This document shows, in pieces, positions 1 to 9,825 of a DNA stretch of 64,000 nucleotides. Where the stretch lies: sequence record PP496436.1. One strand, 5' to 3'. Each line of letters begins with the position of its first letter. The first letter of the stretch is position 1. The position numbers and the translations under genes were made by a program. The notes beneath the pieces are model-generated. The model ran no database searches. It was not told where the DNA came from and saw nothing but the letters and a program-made list of their open reading frames with translations.

Positions 1-744
1 ATGTCATCCCCGTATGGAAAGACAAGTGGCGGGTCAGACCAACCCGCCACCGCAGGATTCACCGACGAACAGGTAATGGACAGTTTGTTCAACTCGTTCC
101 GGCCTGTTCCGGTCAAATACACGGTGGAAGTAATCTCGCCGATATGGCTGCGCACCGAACCGGCTCACCCCTGTCTAGTTCCATGCGTGCCCGTGATCCC
201 GGCGCAGCCAATGGTGGGCGAGTACGAGGAAGCCCCCACAAGCTCGCAGGCGGACGATGATGAGGATGACCCCGATGATGGCCGGTTCAAGCGGCTAGCG
301 CTTGCCTATCCGGGGCTGACGCGCTCGGAGCTGGAAGCCATTGAAGGTGAAATCGTTGACGTTTTGGATATCGATGAGGACTTCCGAGACGAGTTCCTAC
401 GTGACACCCAAGACATGGCGACCAGTATCCGGGAATTCCTCTTCAAGCAAATCGCGCCGATGGCCGTAGGTTCCAGTATTGCGTTCGACGAATTCAATCA
501 GGAACTGTCTGCTGTCCTCGGGGACAAGAACGCCACTTCCAATTTCTCCACCGTCAAGCAGATGCTGGAGGACGCCATGACCATGAAGACTTTCGAGTTC
601 CTGACCGAGCAGCTCAGCCTGTCGCCGGAAAGCTCGCGCCACGTTCTGTCGGTCTTCATGGCGAAGCGCATCTCCCCCGGAGGTAAGGGCCGAAACACGG
701 AGTCCTTGCTCAAGGATCTGCTTAACGCTACCAAAGGCGCATAA
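1..744 (+). CDS. Hypothetical acidic protein directly upstream of terL (position fits a small terminase; may be N-truncated by the window)
   Basis: 247-aa ORF whose stop lies 1 nt before the terL ATG; no diagnostic motif. Confidence 0.5.
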   Translation: MSSPYGKTSGGSDQPATAGFTDEQVMDSLFNSFRPVPVKYTVEVISPIWLRTEPAHPCLVPCVPVIPAQPMVGEYEEAPTSSQADDDEDDPDDGRFKRLALAYPGLTRSELEAIEGEIVDVLDIDEDFRDEFLRDTQDMATSIREFLFKQIAPMAVGSSIAFDEFNQELSAVLGDKNATSNFSTVKQMLEDAMTMKTFEFLTEQLSLSPESSRHVLSVFMAKRISPGGKGRNTESLLKDLLNATKGA

Positions 745-745
745 C

Positions 746-3127
746 ATGGCAGCCAAACCACCTGACAAGATCTCACGACGTAAGCTACAAGAACTTCTGG
801 ATCGGAAGGAGGATCAACTCAAGTCTGATCGCCGATCCAAGAAGATCATCACCAAGCTCACGTCGTTCGAGAAGGCGAAAGCCGAAGCCAGAGATATCAC
901 CAAGCCCTATCACAAGGAAGTGACTCTGGACGACATCATGGACCTTCGCGGAATGCTGGGCGGCAATCGCGCCATGGCCCCGTTGGAAGGTCAGTTCCTG
1001 ATGACACCGGAGGAAGAACAGATCTCGGAACTGGGACTGTCGGAAACGCTGGATGAGATTTTCTCCAGTGGTATCGGCTTGCCTCCCGACCTGAAGATCG
1101 ATGACCGGGATCTGAAAGCGCTGCCCAACGTATTCGAGTGGACTACCTCGAAGATGGGCGCGAAGATGAAGCCGTACGCCCGGCAATACGAAGTGATGAT
1201 CAAGTCCTGCTCTGAGTGGTGCCCACCGTGCACTAAGAAGCGCTGGCCGAAACACAAGATGGGTTTTGCGAAATCGTTCCACTACTCGCCCGCTCTCCCC
1301 GTGGATTTTGACGTAGCCAACATTGATGACTATGTTCAGCACTTGGAGAACGGGCGTTGTCCGTGTTGCAAGAAAAGAAAATCGGAGTTGGTGCGCAGCG
1401 GGCAGTTGCCTCTGGTCACCGAACTGGACATGTGTCTGGGTCAACGGGCGGGTAAGTCTGCAACGATCTATTCGCTGATCCCCTACCTCATTCACCGCTG
1501 GCTCAAGGTTCCTTCCCCGGTACAGGCGCTGGGACTGCTGGACAACACCCTGCTTTCTGGGGTAGTGGTTGCCCTGACCTACGCTAAAGCCACGTCCCTT
1601 CTCTGGCAGCCGATCCACAACGCTATCTCGAACACCGGCTGGTTCAAAGAGTACAACGCGCTGTTGAACCATTACCAAGAGTTCTACGGCGAGGAATTCT
1701 TCAAGCTGAAAGACTCGTTCGTGCAGTACGGCCATCGGAACATGATCTTCAGTCCCTCCGGCCCGAACAAGCGTACACTCCGGGGTGAGACCCGTATCTG
1801 GACCGGCACTGACGAAATCGGTTTCTTCTACCATGGCGATGACGGCGATGACAAGGAACGTGCATCGGCCAACGAGGTATATGTATCGCTGGGTAACTCC
1901 CTGTTCACGGTTAAGAAGGCAGCGGAAACTGCCTTACTGTCCGGCATGGATGGTATCCCGATGACTCTGATGGCGAACATCTCCTCGCCATCGAGCTACA
2001 AAGATAAGATCATGTCGCTGATCCGTGAGTTCGAGAACGAGCCTACCGTCGTGACCATGCACTTGCCTACCTGGGAGTTCAACCCCAAGACCAGCAAGGG
2101 TGACTTCAAGAAGGAATACGCGGCGGATCCCGTCAAGGCAGACCGTGACTTCGGGGCTAACCCGCCGATGTCCGAGAACCCCTACCTTCCTGACCTCGAA
2201 CCCATGAAGCGTCAGGTGCTCAAGTCCCAGCGCAACATGGTAGAGTACGAGTACAAGCTGATCAAGGCTACTAACGGTGCACCGCAGCGCTATGCCAAGA
2301 TCAAGCGACTCCGTGAGTTCATGGACAAGGTGCCGAAGCACGTGATGACCATCGACGCCGGGCACAGCAACAACTCCTTCGCCTTGACCGTTGGTTATCC
2401 TGAGATGTTCCGAGGGAAGCTTCGTCTGGTGTGCACGGGTGTGGTGGAAGTGGCACCGACACATGGCCAGAACACGATCAACTTCACCAAGATCGCCAAG
2501 GAAATGATCTACCCGCTGATCGAGCACTTCAACGTTGGTCTTGTGGTGACTGACCGCTGGAACTCTTTGAAGCTGCTGCATGACATCGAAGACGAGTACG
2601 GTATCTTCACGTTGCAGTACAGTCTGCGACCAGACGACTTCAACTTTATCTACGACTACTACATGGATGAAGACTTCGCGTACGCCCGTATTCCCGTGCC
2701 TGAGATTCCCATTGATCAGATAATGGACGTCGATATCGATGAGTATCCGAAGTGCTTCGGTCCCGGCAACAAGACCACGGGCAGGCCAATGCCTGTAGCG
2801 CACATGATCCATCAGTCGCAAACAGTTCAGGTGAATAGCCGGGGCAGTGTGGACAAAGGATTGGGTCTGACCGATGACATCTTCCGTGCGTTCAACTTGC
2901 TCACCTATGTCTGCGTGGATGAGGAGTACGTGGAAGAGTACATGCTGCTAACGGGTTCGGTCGCGGGTGAGAAGCGTGCCATTGGCGCAATGGCAAGAGG
3001 TGGCATAACTCCGGGTAGTCGGGGCAGTGGTGGCAAGGCCATGAGTACCTCCGTCGGTGCGGTCGCGGGGGCGAGCACAGCCTCCGGCAGCGGCGGGAAC
3101 GGTGTATTCAGCCGTACGTCCCGCTAA
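746..3127 (+). CDS. terL: Terminase large subunit
   Basis: Walker A-like GQRAGKS, Walker B-like WTGTDEIG, RNase H-like nuclease motifs TIDAGHSNNSFAL, VTDRWNS and TDDIFRA; lies upstream of a portal-like gene. Confidence 0.88.
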   Translation: MAAKPPDKISRRKLQELLDRKEDQLKSDRRSKKIITKLTSFEKAKAEARDITKPYHKEVTLDDIMDLRGMLGGNRAMAPLEGQFLMTPEEEQISELGLSETLDEIFSSGIGLPPDLKIDDRDLKALPNVFEWTTSKMGAKMKPYARQYEVMIKSCSEWCPPCTKKRWPKHKMGFAKSFHYSPALPVDFDVANIDDYVQHLENGRCPCCKKRKSELVRSGQLPLVTELDMCLGQRAGKSATIYSLIPYLIHRWLKVPSPVQALGLLDNTLLSGVVVALTYAKATSLLWQPIHNAISNTGWFKEYNALLNHYQEFYGEEFFKLKDSFVQYGHRNMIFSPSGPNKRTLRGETRIWTGTDEIGFFYHGDDGDDKERASANEVYVSLGNSLFTVKKAAETALLSGMDGIPMTLMANISSPSSYKDKIMSLIREFENEPTVVTMHLPTWEFNPKTSKGDFKKEYAADPVKADRDFGANPPMSENPYLPDLEPMKRQVLKSQRNMVEYEYKLIKATNGAPQRYAKIKRLREFMDKVPKHVMTIDAGHSNNSFALTVGYPEMFRGKLRLVCTGVVEVAPTHGQNTINFTKIAKEMIYPLIEHFNVGLVVTDRWNSLKLLHDIEDEYGIFTLQYSLRPDDFNFIYDYYMDEDFAYARIPVPEIPIDQIMDVDIDEYPKCFGPGNKTTGRPMPVAHMIHQSQTVQVNSRGSVDKGLGLTDDIFRAFNLLTYVCVDEEYVEEYMLLTGSVAGEKRAIGAMARGGITPGSRGSGGKAMSTSVGAVAGASTASGSGGNGVFSRTSR

Positions 3128-3180
3128 TTCAGACCCTAATTAAAGCCATTAAACGGATAACCCGAGTCGGGAGACCTGAA

Positions 3181-3408
3181 ATGCTGAACGTATTCGATTT
3201 GATCAAGAGTAAGATGCCTAACGTCCACATCGAAGAAGCCCGCGTGGCGGAGGAACGTGAGATGGCTACGGCAGGACTGAGCAACGATGACCCTCTGGTG
3301 TGCCCCGTGTGCAAAGAGCGGACCCAACCGATCATGGGAGGCAATAACGTACCCATGCTCATCTGTGAGAAAGACCGCGTAGCCATGCCTGTCCCTGAAG
3401 GGGTCTAA
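3181..3408 (+). CDS. Small Zn-ribbon-like protein between terminase and portal
   Basis: SD GGGAG; CPVC...ICEKD; stop 1 nt before the next ATG. Confidence 0.65.
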   Translation: MLNVFDLIKSKMPNVHIEEARVAEEREMATAGLSNDDPLVCPVCKERTQPIMGGNNVPMLICEKDRVAMPVPEGV

Positions 3409-3409
3409 C

Positions 3410-5224
3410 ATGATCCGAATGAACAACCGCATGCGGTTATCAGACAAGAATGGTCGCATGACGACCATCGCGTCACCGCAGAGCATGAGTGGCAGCATGG
3501 GTGCAGGGGGTCACCCCATGACTCGCGCCATGGGTGGCAACGCGTCCACCCGAGACAGTTTGCTTGACGGCATCCTGAAGCTCGACCCGGATGTCATGCG
3601 TCAGATCTACATGGACATGTACCTGTTTGATCCGACCATCGGCGGCGCCACTGACTTGCTGGCCCAGAGCCCTTGGTCGGATTACGATCTGGTAGACGCT
3701 GAGCCGGATCAACTGGACGTCTTCTACCGGTCGATGGAACTGCTGAACTACCGAGAGCTGATGCCGGAGTTCACCATCGACTACCTGACGTTGGGCGCCG
3801 CTGTAGGTACGCCGTTGTACAGCGTATCGGAAAAGGCATTCACCGACATCATCCCGCACTCCATTGCCAGTATTCAGGTTCAGGAAGTTCCGCTGTATTC
3901 CCAAGACCCTGTGCTGACGCTGCTGGTGCCGGAAGAGATGCGCACGTTCGCGACCAGTCAAGACCCGTATGTGGTCAAGATGCGGCAACGCATGACACCG
4001 AAGATGGTGGAAGCATTCCGAGCGCAGGAGGTTGCACTTGATCCGGTGACCACTCTGTACGTACCCCGCACTTCGTTCTCGACAGTGCAGCAAGGCGTAT
4101 CGCTGTACACCCGCTTGATCCCGATCTACTTGCTGGAACGTCTGCTGTACCGTGGCACGTTGACCGAGGCTACTCGCCGCCAGCGCTCTACGTTGCACAT
4201 TCAAGCCGGTGACGATCTGTGGAACCCGGACGACAACGAGCTGAACAGTCTGGTGCAGTTGTTCCTACAAGCCGAGCAAGATCCAGTATCGGCCATCGTC
4301 GCTACCCAGATGAACGTGCAGACTCAGGAGATTCGAGCTGCCGGTGACTTCTGGAAGTGGACGGATAACCTGGAGCAGTTCAACGACATCAAGCTGCGAG
4401 GCATGGGGATCAACGAATCCTACATGTCAGGTGATGTGACCTACGACAACCTGAGTACCAGTGTGACCATGTTCCAAGAGCAGCAGGACTCGCTCCGGGA
4501 AATGATGGTACGCAAGACGCTGTACACCAAGGTGTTCCCGGTCCTGTCGATCACCCACGACTTCCGCCGCAAGGAAGAGTCGCGGCATGCTCGCCGCGAG
4601 ATGGCTACGGCCAAGGCTGCGCAGAAGCGTACCCTGAACGATTCGTTCGCGTTCCAGGTGAATGACAAAGCATCGCTGGTCATCCCCAAGGTGGTATGGC
4701 ACAAGAAGCTGCGTTCCATGTACACCGAAGGTTCGTTCGATATCCTTGACAAGCTAGCGGAAGCAGGTCTACCGGTTACCCTCCGGGCGTGGGCTGCTGC
4801 TGGGGGTTACGACCTGGACAGCGCTATGCAGGCCATGGCCGATGATGCCAAACTTCGGAAACAGGTGTCAGACTTCAAAGCCGAGAACGGTATCGATGCC
4901 GGTACGGAAAACGACTTCAACCTCGACGGGGATACCGAGCTGTCGATGGTCAGGTCCGCATCCGCATTGCTGGATAAGGCAATGGGTGGCCGGGGTATGA
5001 AGCCACTGGGTCTGCTGGGCCGTGAGTTCAGCGAGGCGGATTCCGAAGTGGTACGCCATGATCACTCTGGCAAACGCAAGTGGGTTCCTGACCAGCACCG
5101 TGCCAAGCGGGAGGAGAACGATAAGGCGATGAAGGCGTTGAAGCAGGCCTCTGATCCGGACTTCCGTGCCAAGACGATTGCCGCCGTTAACCGTAGACAA
5201 GGCGCGAGAAAGACTCGCGGCTGA
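3410..5224 (+). CDS. Probable portal protein
   Basis: 604 aa following terL; portal-like helical core (KLRGMGINESYMSGDVTYDN...). Confidence 0.7.
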   Translation: MIRMNNRMRLSDKNGRMTTIASPQSMSGSMGAGGHPMTRAMGGNASTRDSLLDGILKLDPDVMRQIYMDMYLFDPTIGGATDLLAQSPWSDYDLVDAEPDQLDVFYRSMELLNYRELMPEFTIDYLTLGAAVGTPLYSVSEKAFTDIIPHSIASIQVQEVPLYSQDPVLTLLVPEEMRTFATSQDPYVVKMRQRMTPKMVEAFRAQEVALDPVTTLYVPRTSFSTVQQGVSLYTRLIPIYLLERLLYRGTLTEATRRQRSTLHIQAGDDLWNPDDNELNSLVQLFLQAEQDPVSAIVATQMNVQTQEIRAAGDFWKWTDNLEQFNDIKLRGMGINESYMSGDVTYDNLSTSVTMFQEQQDSLREMMVRKTLYTKVFPVLSITHDFRRKEESRHARREMATAKAAQKRTLNDSFAFQVNDKASLVIPKVVWHKKLRSMYTEGSFDILDKLAEAGLPVTLRAWAAAGGYDLDSAMQAMADDAKLRKQVSDFKAENGIDAGTENDFNLDGDTELSMVRSASALLDKAMGGRGMKPLGLLGREFSEADSEVVRHDHSGKRKWVPDQHRAKREENDKAMKALKQASDPDFRAKTIAAVNRRQGARKTRG

Positions 5225-5249
5225 CATTTATTTTCCATGGAGAGCAAGA

Positions 5250-6683
5250 ATGAAAAACAATCCACAAGTCACGCGCCTTTCCGCCTTGGCTGCTGCTGGT
5301 ATCAACGTCAAGTCAGGTTCTCCGGTTGATGTCGTGCACCAGCACACTCGCACTCTGGGCAACAACATCGACAAGTTGAGCACGCCTCGTCAGTGGGCCA
5401 TTGCTCATCTGATGAACGAAGCGGCCGACCTGCTGGTTGTAGAAACTGGCAGCCTTCAAGACGACTACATCGACTACTTCAAAGGTGCACTGGAGAAGTT
5501 CGGTGTGTCCTCCCCGGCGGAACTGACCCAAGAGAAGGCTTCCGAGTTCTTCAACTGGATCAGTGACAACTGGAAGAAGGGCGAAGGCCCGAAAGCCGAA
5601 GCTAGCGTGGAAGTTGAGACTGCCAGCCAATTCTCCTTCGTCAAGGTAAGCCAGAACGGTAACACCTACCGGCTGGAGGCCTCGGACACCGGCAACTTCA
5701 AATCCGTCATGATCTGGAAGGGTGGCGTGTGGACGAAGCCAGGTCCGGACGAAGCGTTCAAGGAAAAGGAACCTCACCGCATGCTGGGCGCGCTGCGCAC
5801 CCCTAGCGGCTCGGAGCTGGCTACCCTCAACCTGCCGGAAACTCCGGTGGCAAGCATGGAAGAGATGGCCGAGCTGTTCGGCGCCATGGGTATCGAAGAG
5901 AGCGAGATCCGTCGCTTCTACGGTGGTGGCCCAGAGTGGAATGATCGCAGCGTCTACGACGGCAACATCCCGAGCGTATCCCCAGCTAATCTGGGCGTGA
6001 GCCCAACTTACGCCTACACCGACATGCACCCGCTGCGTGCCTATGAGGCGGAAGACACCATCCGTATCAATGGTCTGGATGCCACGTTGCAATCCATTGA
6101 CAACGGACAGGCCGTGTTCACAGTTGACGGCGTAGATACCACCACGGTGCCGCTGGACAACATCGTGGTCGCTGAAGGTGAAGCCTCGGTAGTAGCCACC
6201 GCCATGGTATCTCATCGCGTACTGGTCACTGCTGGTCACGAAGACCTGACTCAGTACAAGTCGCTGCGTCACGACTTCGAGACTGTTACCGCGAACCACC
6301 AAGAGCTGTCGCAAGTCAAGGTCGGCCCAGCACTGCAAACCCTCGCCAAGGCGGGTAACCGTCGCGCTCTGGTACTGGCCCACGCCGGTGTGCAGCGTAT
6401 CAACGAAGGTCATGCACTGCTCAAAGCCTCCATCGGCTACGGCAAGGAAGCGGCGACCGCCAGTGTCATCACAGAGCTGGCCGATCTGAACAACCTGTGT
6501 GGCAAGGATCAGGTGTCGGCACAAGACGTGATCGACTCCGCGCCGGTGGTCACTCATCTGAAGCAGGGCGAGTTCAAGGCCGACATGCCGGACGTGGTTG
6601 ACTCTTCGGACTTCGAGCTGAACGATCCGCAAGCCGAACAGGCGTCCACGCGCAAGAGCCGCTTCCCAAGCCGCAAGCGCTAA
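5250..6683 (+). CDS. Putative head/prohead core or scaffold protein
   Basis: ATG 5250 after GGAGAG; head-module position; recurrent x-T-A motifs. Confidence 0.5.
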   Translation: MKNNPQVTRLSALAAAGINVKSGSPVDVVHQHTRTLGNNIDKLSTPRQWAIAHLMNEAADLLVVETGSLQDDYIDYFKGALEKFGVSSPAELTQEKASEFFNWISDNWKKGEGPKAEASVEVETASQFSFVKVSQNGNTYRLEASDTGNFKSVMIWKGGVWTKPGPDEAFKEKEPHRMLGALRTPSGSELATLNLPETPVASMEEMAELFGAMGIEESEIRRFYGGGPEWNDRSVYDGNIPSVSPANLGVSPTYAYTDMHPLRAYEAEDTIRINGLDATLQSIDNGQAVFTVDGVDTTTVPLDNIVVAEGEASVVATAMVSHRVLVTAGHEDLTQYKSLRHDFETVTANHQELSQVKVGPALQTLAKAGNRRALVLAHAGVQRINEGHALLKASIGYGKEAATASVITELADLNNLCGKDQVSAQDVIDSAPVVTHLKQGEFKADMPDVVDSSDFELNDPQAEQASTRKSRFPSRKR

Positions 6684-6730
6684 TCATCTGGACAGGGGGA
6701 TCGCAAGGTCCCCTCATCAGGAACTTGACT

Positions 6731-8767
6731 ATGACTATCAAGAGTGCTACGTTTGCGGAAGCTGAATCGCAAGCTCAAGGCCTAGCCAACTCCATGGGAT
6801 GGCCGGGTGAGGTAATGGACAACGGTGACGGCACTGTCACTCTGTCGCCACCCGACGCATGGGATGAGGAAGAGAACCCCGGCAAGGTGGCAGCGTCCAA
6901 GCTGACCGGTAACAAGGACTGTCACGTCTTCGCCAGTATGGCGGTACCCAGTGAAGGCGAGTGGATGGCTGTCGTCATTCAAGGTACCCCAGCGCTGGTA
7001 CTCATCGACCAAGGATCTGGTGAAGGCTGGTTGACCCTTCAGGCCCCCGCGGACTTCGATGTTCCGGAGAGCGTGCTGATTCCTTTCCAACAACGCTTGA
7101 CCCAAACGGAAACTGCTTCAATGGACCTTGAACAAGACGTAGAACTGGCAGCAGGGAAGAAAAAATCGGAAGTGGACCAACTTATCGAACTGCGACAGGA
7201 ATACGATAAGCTTCAATTCTCAAAGTCGAAATTGAGCGTACACGGTAAGAACCCTACCAGCTCTCGTATCATCTCAGCGAAGAAAGGGTTGATAGAACGG
7301 GAGAAGGAATTCAAGGACAAGTTGAAGAAATTGGTCCCGTCGGGTCGTATTCCTACCATGGAGAGTTTGCAGAATCGTAAGATGCGGGAATCGGGAATTA
7401 AACCTCCGACCAAAGCTGAGAAGGATTCGGCCAGTGAGCGTCGGATGTTGAAGAGTGAAAAAGACAGGCAGACGAGAGTAGCTACTACAGTAAAGAAACA
7501 CGGAGTAACTGAATCGGAAGCCAATACCTTGCACCGGGGCAAATACCCTAAGTCCTATTATAAGGATGAACGGGACCTGGATGAGATCAGTCATAAGTTG
7601 AAAAATCCTAGGCTTACGGATGAGCAAGAAGCTAAGTTGGAGAAAGAGTTGAAAGACTTGCGCACGAAGTTCAAGGAAAAGAAGAAGAAATACGATGCCG
7701 TCCTCAAGGAAGGGCGGGAGGAATCTTCGGTTCAGCCGGATACCCGTACGCAGGTTCTGGCTAACGTCTCCAGCGACCCGGCCACTCCTGCGTATCAGGA
7801 AGCATCTATCACGGGAGTTACACCAGAAGGCCACATCTCAGTAGCATTCGCTGACGGCGATATCGGTGTGTACCAAGGTAAGTTCGACCCTGCTGGTCTG
7901 ATGCCAATCGCGGAAGCGGCAGGCGTTGAAGTTGCCAGCTTCAGACACCACACCATGGTTCTGGCCAACGTTGGCACTGCGGCAGCACCTGAATACGCCG
8001 AAGCAGAGGTGATTGGTTCCACCGAGGAAGGCCATCTGGAAGTCGCGTTCGCCGATGGTGACGTGGGCATCTACCGTTCCTTGTTCCACCCTACCGGTAT
8101 CTTGCCGCTGGGTGTGACTGCCGAGACGGCCAGTGTGCTCATCGAGGTGGCCGCACGTACGGCAATGACCCCGGAGCAGAAGCTCAAGCGTGCACAGGAC
8201 CTGCTCAAGCTGCGTACGCTGCACGACAAGTACGAGACCAACACCGACGCCCTGAAAGGCAAGAAAGGTCCGGAGAACAAAGCCAAGCGGGACAAGAACA
8301 ACGAGGACAAGGCCAAGCTCCGTGCCAAGCTGGACAAGATGGGTGTCACATCCCTGCCGAGCAAAGCTCACCTGCAGCGTACCATCAAGCAGCACAGCGA
8401 TCTGCCGACCCGTATGCGTGCATCGGACAAGAAGCCTGCTGCTAAGGTACCAACGAATAAGGCAGCACGGGACGCGGCCAAGAAGAAGTATGCGCCTGCT
8501 AAAGAGGACAAAGGATTAGACATGCGGATTAAGGCTCCGGGGTATGCTGAAAGGAATTTCGGCCCTGCTGCCATGAAACGAAAAGAGGAAAGAAAGTCTT
8601 TGCCCAAAGCTACTCAGGACAAGATCAAGAAGTTGGAAGCAAAGATAGAAGAGACGCTTACGGACATCCATAAGGGTTCCATCAGTAAAAAGGACGTTCA
8701 GACTGCCCGCGACCAAGTTAAGGCTTGGAAAGAGCAAGTCAAAGAACTTTCTACCCCGGCTAAGTAA
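6731..8767 (+). CDS. Modular Lys-rich putative internal head protein with two tandem 68-aa modules (VLAN...P.Y...G...V.FADGD)
   Basis: ATG 6731 after AGGA; duplicated segments start at 7754 and 7958 (204 nt apart); highly basic coiled segments. Confidence 0.6.
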   Translation: MTIKSATFAEAESQAQGLANSMGWPGEVMDNGDGTVTLSPPDAWDEEENPGKVAASKLTGNKDCHVFASMAVPSEGEWMAVVIQGTPALVLIDQGSGEGWLTLQAPADFDVPESVLIPFQQRLTQTETASMDLEQDVELAAGKKKSEVDQLIELRQEYDKLQFSKSKLSVHGKNPTSSRIISAKKGLIEREKEFKDKLKKLVPSGRIPTMESLQNRKMRESGIKPPTKAEKDSASERRMLKSEKDRQTRVATTVKKHGVTESEANTLHRGKYPKSYYKDERDLDEISHKLKNPRLTDEQEAKLEKELKDLRTKFKEKKKKYDAVLKEGREESSVQPDTRTQVLANVSSDPATPAYQEASITGVTPEGHISVAFADGDIGVYQGKFDPAGLMPIAEAAGVEVASFRHHTMVLANVGTAAAPEYAEAEVIGSTEEGHLEVAFADGDVGIYRSLFHPTGILPLGVTAETASVLIEVAARTAMTPEQKLKRAQDLLKLRTLHDKYETNTDALKGKKGPENKAKRDKNNEDKAKLRAKLDKMGVTSLPSKAHLQRTIKQHSDLPTRMRASDKKPAAKVPTNKAARDAAKKKYAPAKEDKGLDMRIKAPGYAERNFGPAAMKRKEERKSLPKATQDKIKKLEAKIEETLTDIHKGSISKKDVQTARDQVKAWKEQVKELSTPAK

Positions 8768-8789
8768 CCACACCTGACTGGAGCATGAC

Positions 8790-9548
8790 ATGAACGTGTT
8801 TGAAATGATTGCCCAGCAGAACGCCGCGATGAAACCCATCGACGTGCACAAGCTGGTTAAAGGCAAGGATGTAGATCCAAAGCTCAAGGAGATGACCACG
8901 GCCAAAGTCGGTATGCCCGGCTTGGCCCAGGCCATTACGTTCGCGGAGTGGTTGCCGTTCGCGGCCAAGACGTATCACTGCTCGCCGGATCCGAAGGATT
9001 ACATTCTGGTCCCGAACATCGTGATGCCATCGGAGATCCCCAACCGGAATGGCGTGGGCTTCCCCTTGCAGCAACTGGTACGCTTCAACCCCGAGACTGG
9101 TTGCCAAGGATTCCGTACGGCAGTCGGCAAGGGTACGTACGCTGATCACCAGAACAACACCGTTGCTCCACTGGCGAAAGGCGTGATCGTGGATTCGTTC
9201 ATGCGACCACTGGAAGGCTTCAAGGGTGGCGTGTGGAAGTTGCTGTTCCTCTTGGCGTACGACCGGTCCAAAGACCAAGCGCTCACCAACGCCATCTTGG
9301 CAGGCACTCGTACCAACTACAGCATGGGCGCGTACCTGACCAAGTACACGTGCTCGATCTGTGGCCGGGACCGGGGCCAGTGTGTGCACTTGAGCGCGCA
9401 GAAAGGTTCGGTGAACTTCCGCAAGGTAGGGAACCAGCTGGCGTACTCGCAGGCATACGAACCGATTTTCTTCGAGACGTCCTCGGTAGAAGATCCGGCA
9501 TTCGTATCGTCGATTACTGGCGCTGACCACCTGCTTATCACTCGGTAA
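8790..9548 (+). CDS. Putative prohead maturation protease
   Basis: 252 aa in head module; DHQN and YSMGA motifs followed by CSICG...C.H resemble phage prohead serine proteases; SD GGAG. Confidence 0.55.
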   Translation: MNVFEMIAQQNAAMKPIDVHKLVKGKDVDPKLKEMTTAKVGMPGLAQAITFAEWLPFAAKTYHCSPDPKDYILVPNIVMPSEIPNRNGVGFPLQQLVRFNPETGCQGFRTAVGKGTYADHQNNTVAPLAKGVIVDSFMRPLEGFKGGVWKLLFLLAYDRSKDQALTNAILAGTRTNYSMGAYLTKYTCSICGRDRGQCVHLSAQKGSVNFRKVGNQLAYSQAYEPIFFETSSVEDPAFVSSITGADHLLITR

Positions 9549-9580
9549 GCAGGAACTCCGTAAGAAGTAGAGGTAACATC

Positions 9581-9739
9581 ATGGGTATCACTACCATTCT
9601 CCTGATCGTGTTGATAGTTCTGCTCGTCTGCGGCTTGCCCGTGTTCCCGTACTCCGCAGGTTGGGGCTACGGTCCATCTGGGCTGATCACGGTGATCGTC
9701 GTGATCCTGCTGATCCTCGTCTTGACCGGACGAATGTGA
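9581..9739 (+). CDS. DUF3309-like 52-aa two-helix membrane protein (absent from ORF track)
   Basis: MGITTILLIVLIVLLVCGLPVFPYSAGWGYGPSGLITVIVVILLILVLTGRM; SD GAGGT; the LP..PYS.GWGYGPSG signature matches DUF3309 as recalled. Confidence 0.8.
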   Translation: MGITTILLIVLIVLLVCGLPVFPYSAGWGYGPSGLITVIVVILLILVLTGRM

Positions 9740-9744
9740 CAACC

Positions 9745-9777
9745 GCCCGCTCTGGCAAACGCTGGGGCGGGCTTTTT
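9745..9777 (+). terminator. Intrinsic terminator
   Basis: GCCCGCTCTGGC-AAAC-GCTGGGGCGGGC stem (G-U pairs) followed by TTTTT. Confidence 0.8.
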
Positions 9778-9825
9778 CGTATCTGCTAATTACAAAACAT
9801 GGATAAATAAATTGGAAGATGGGAC

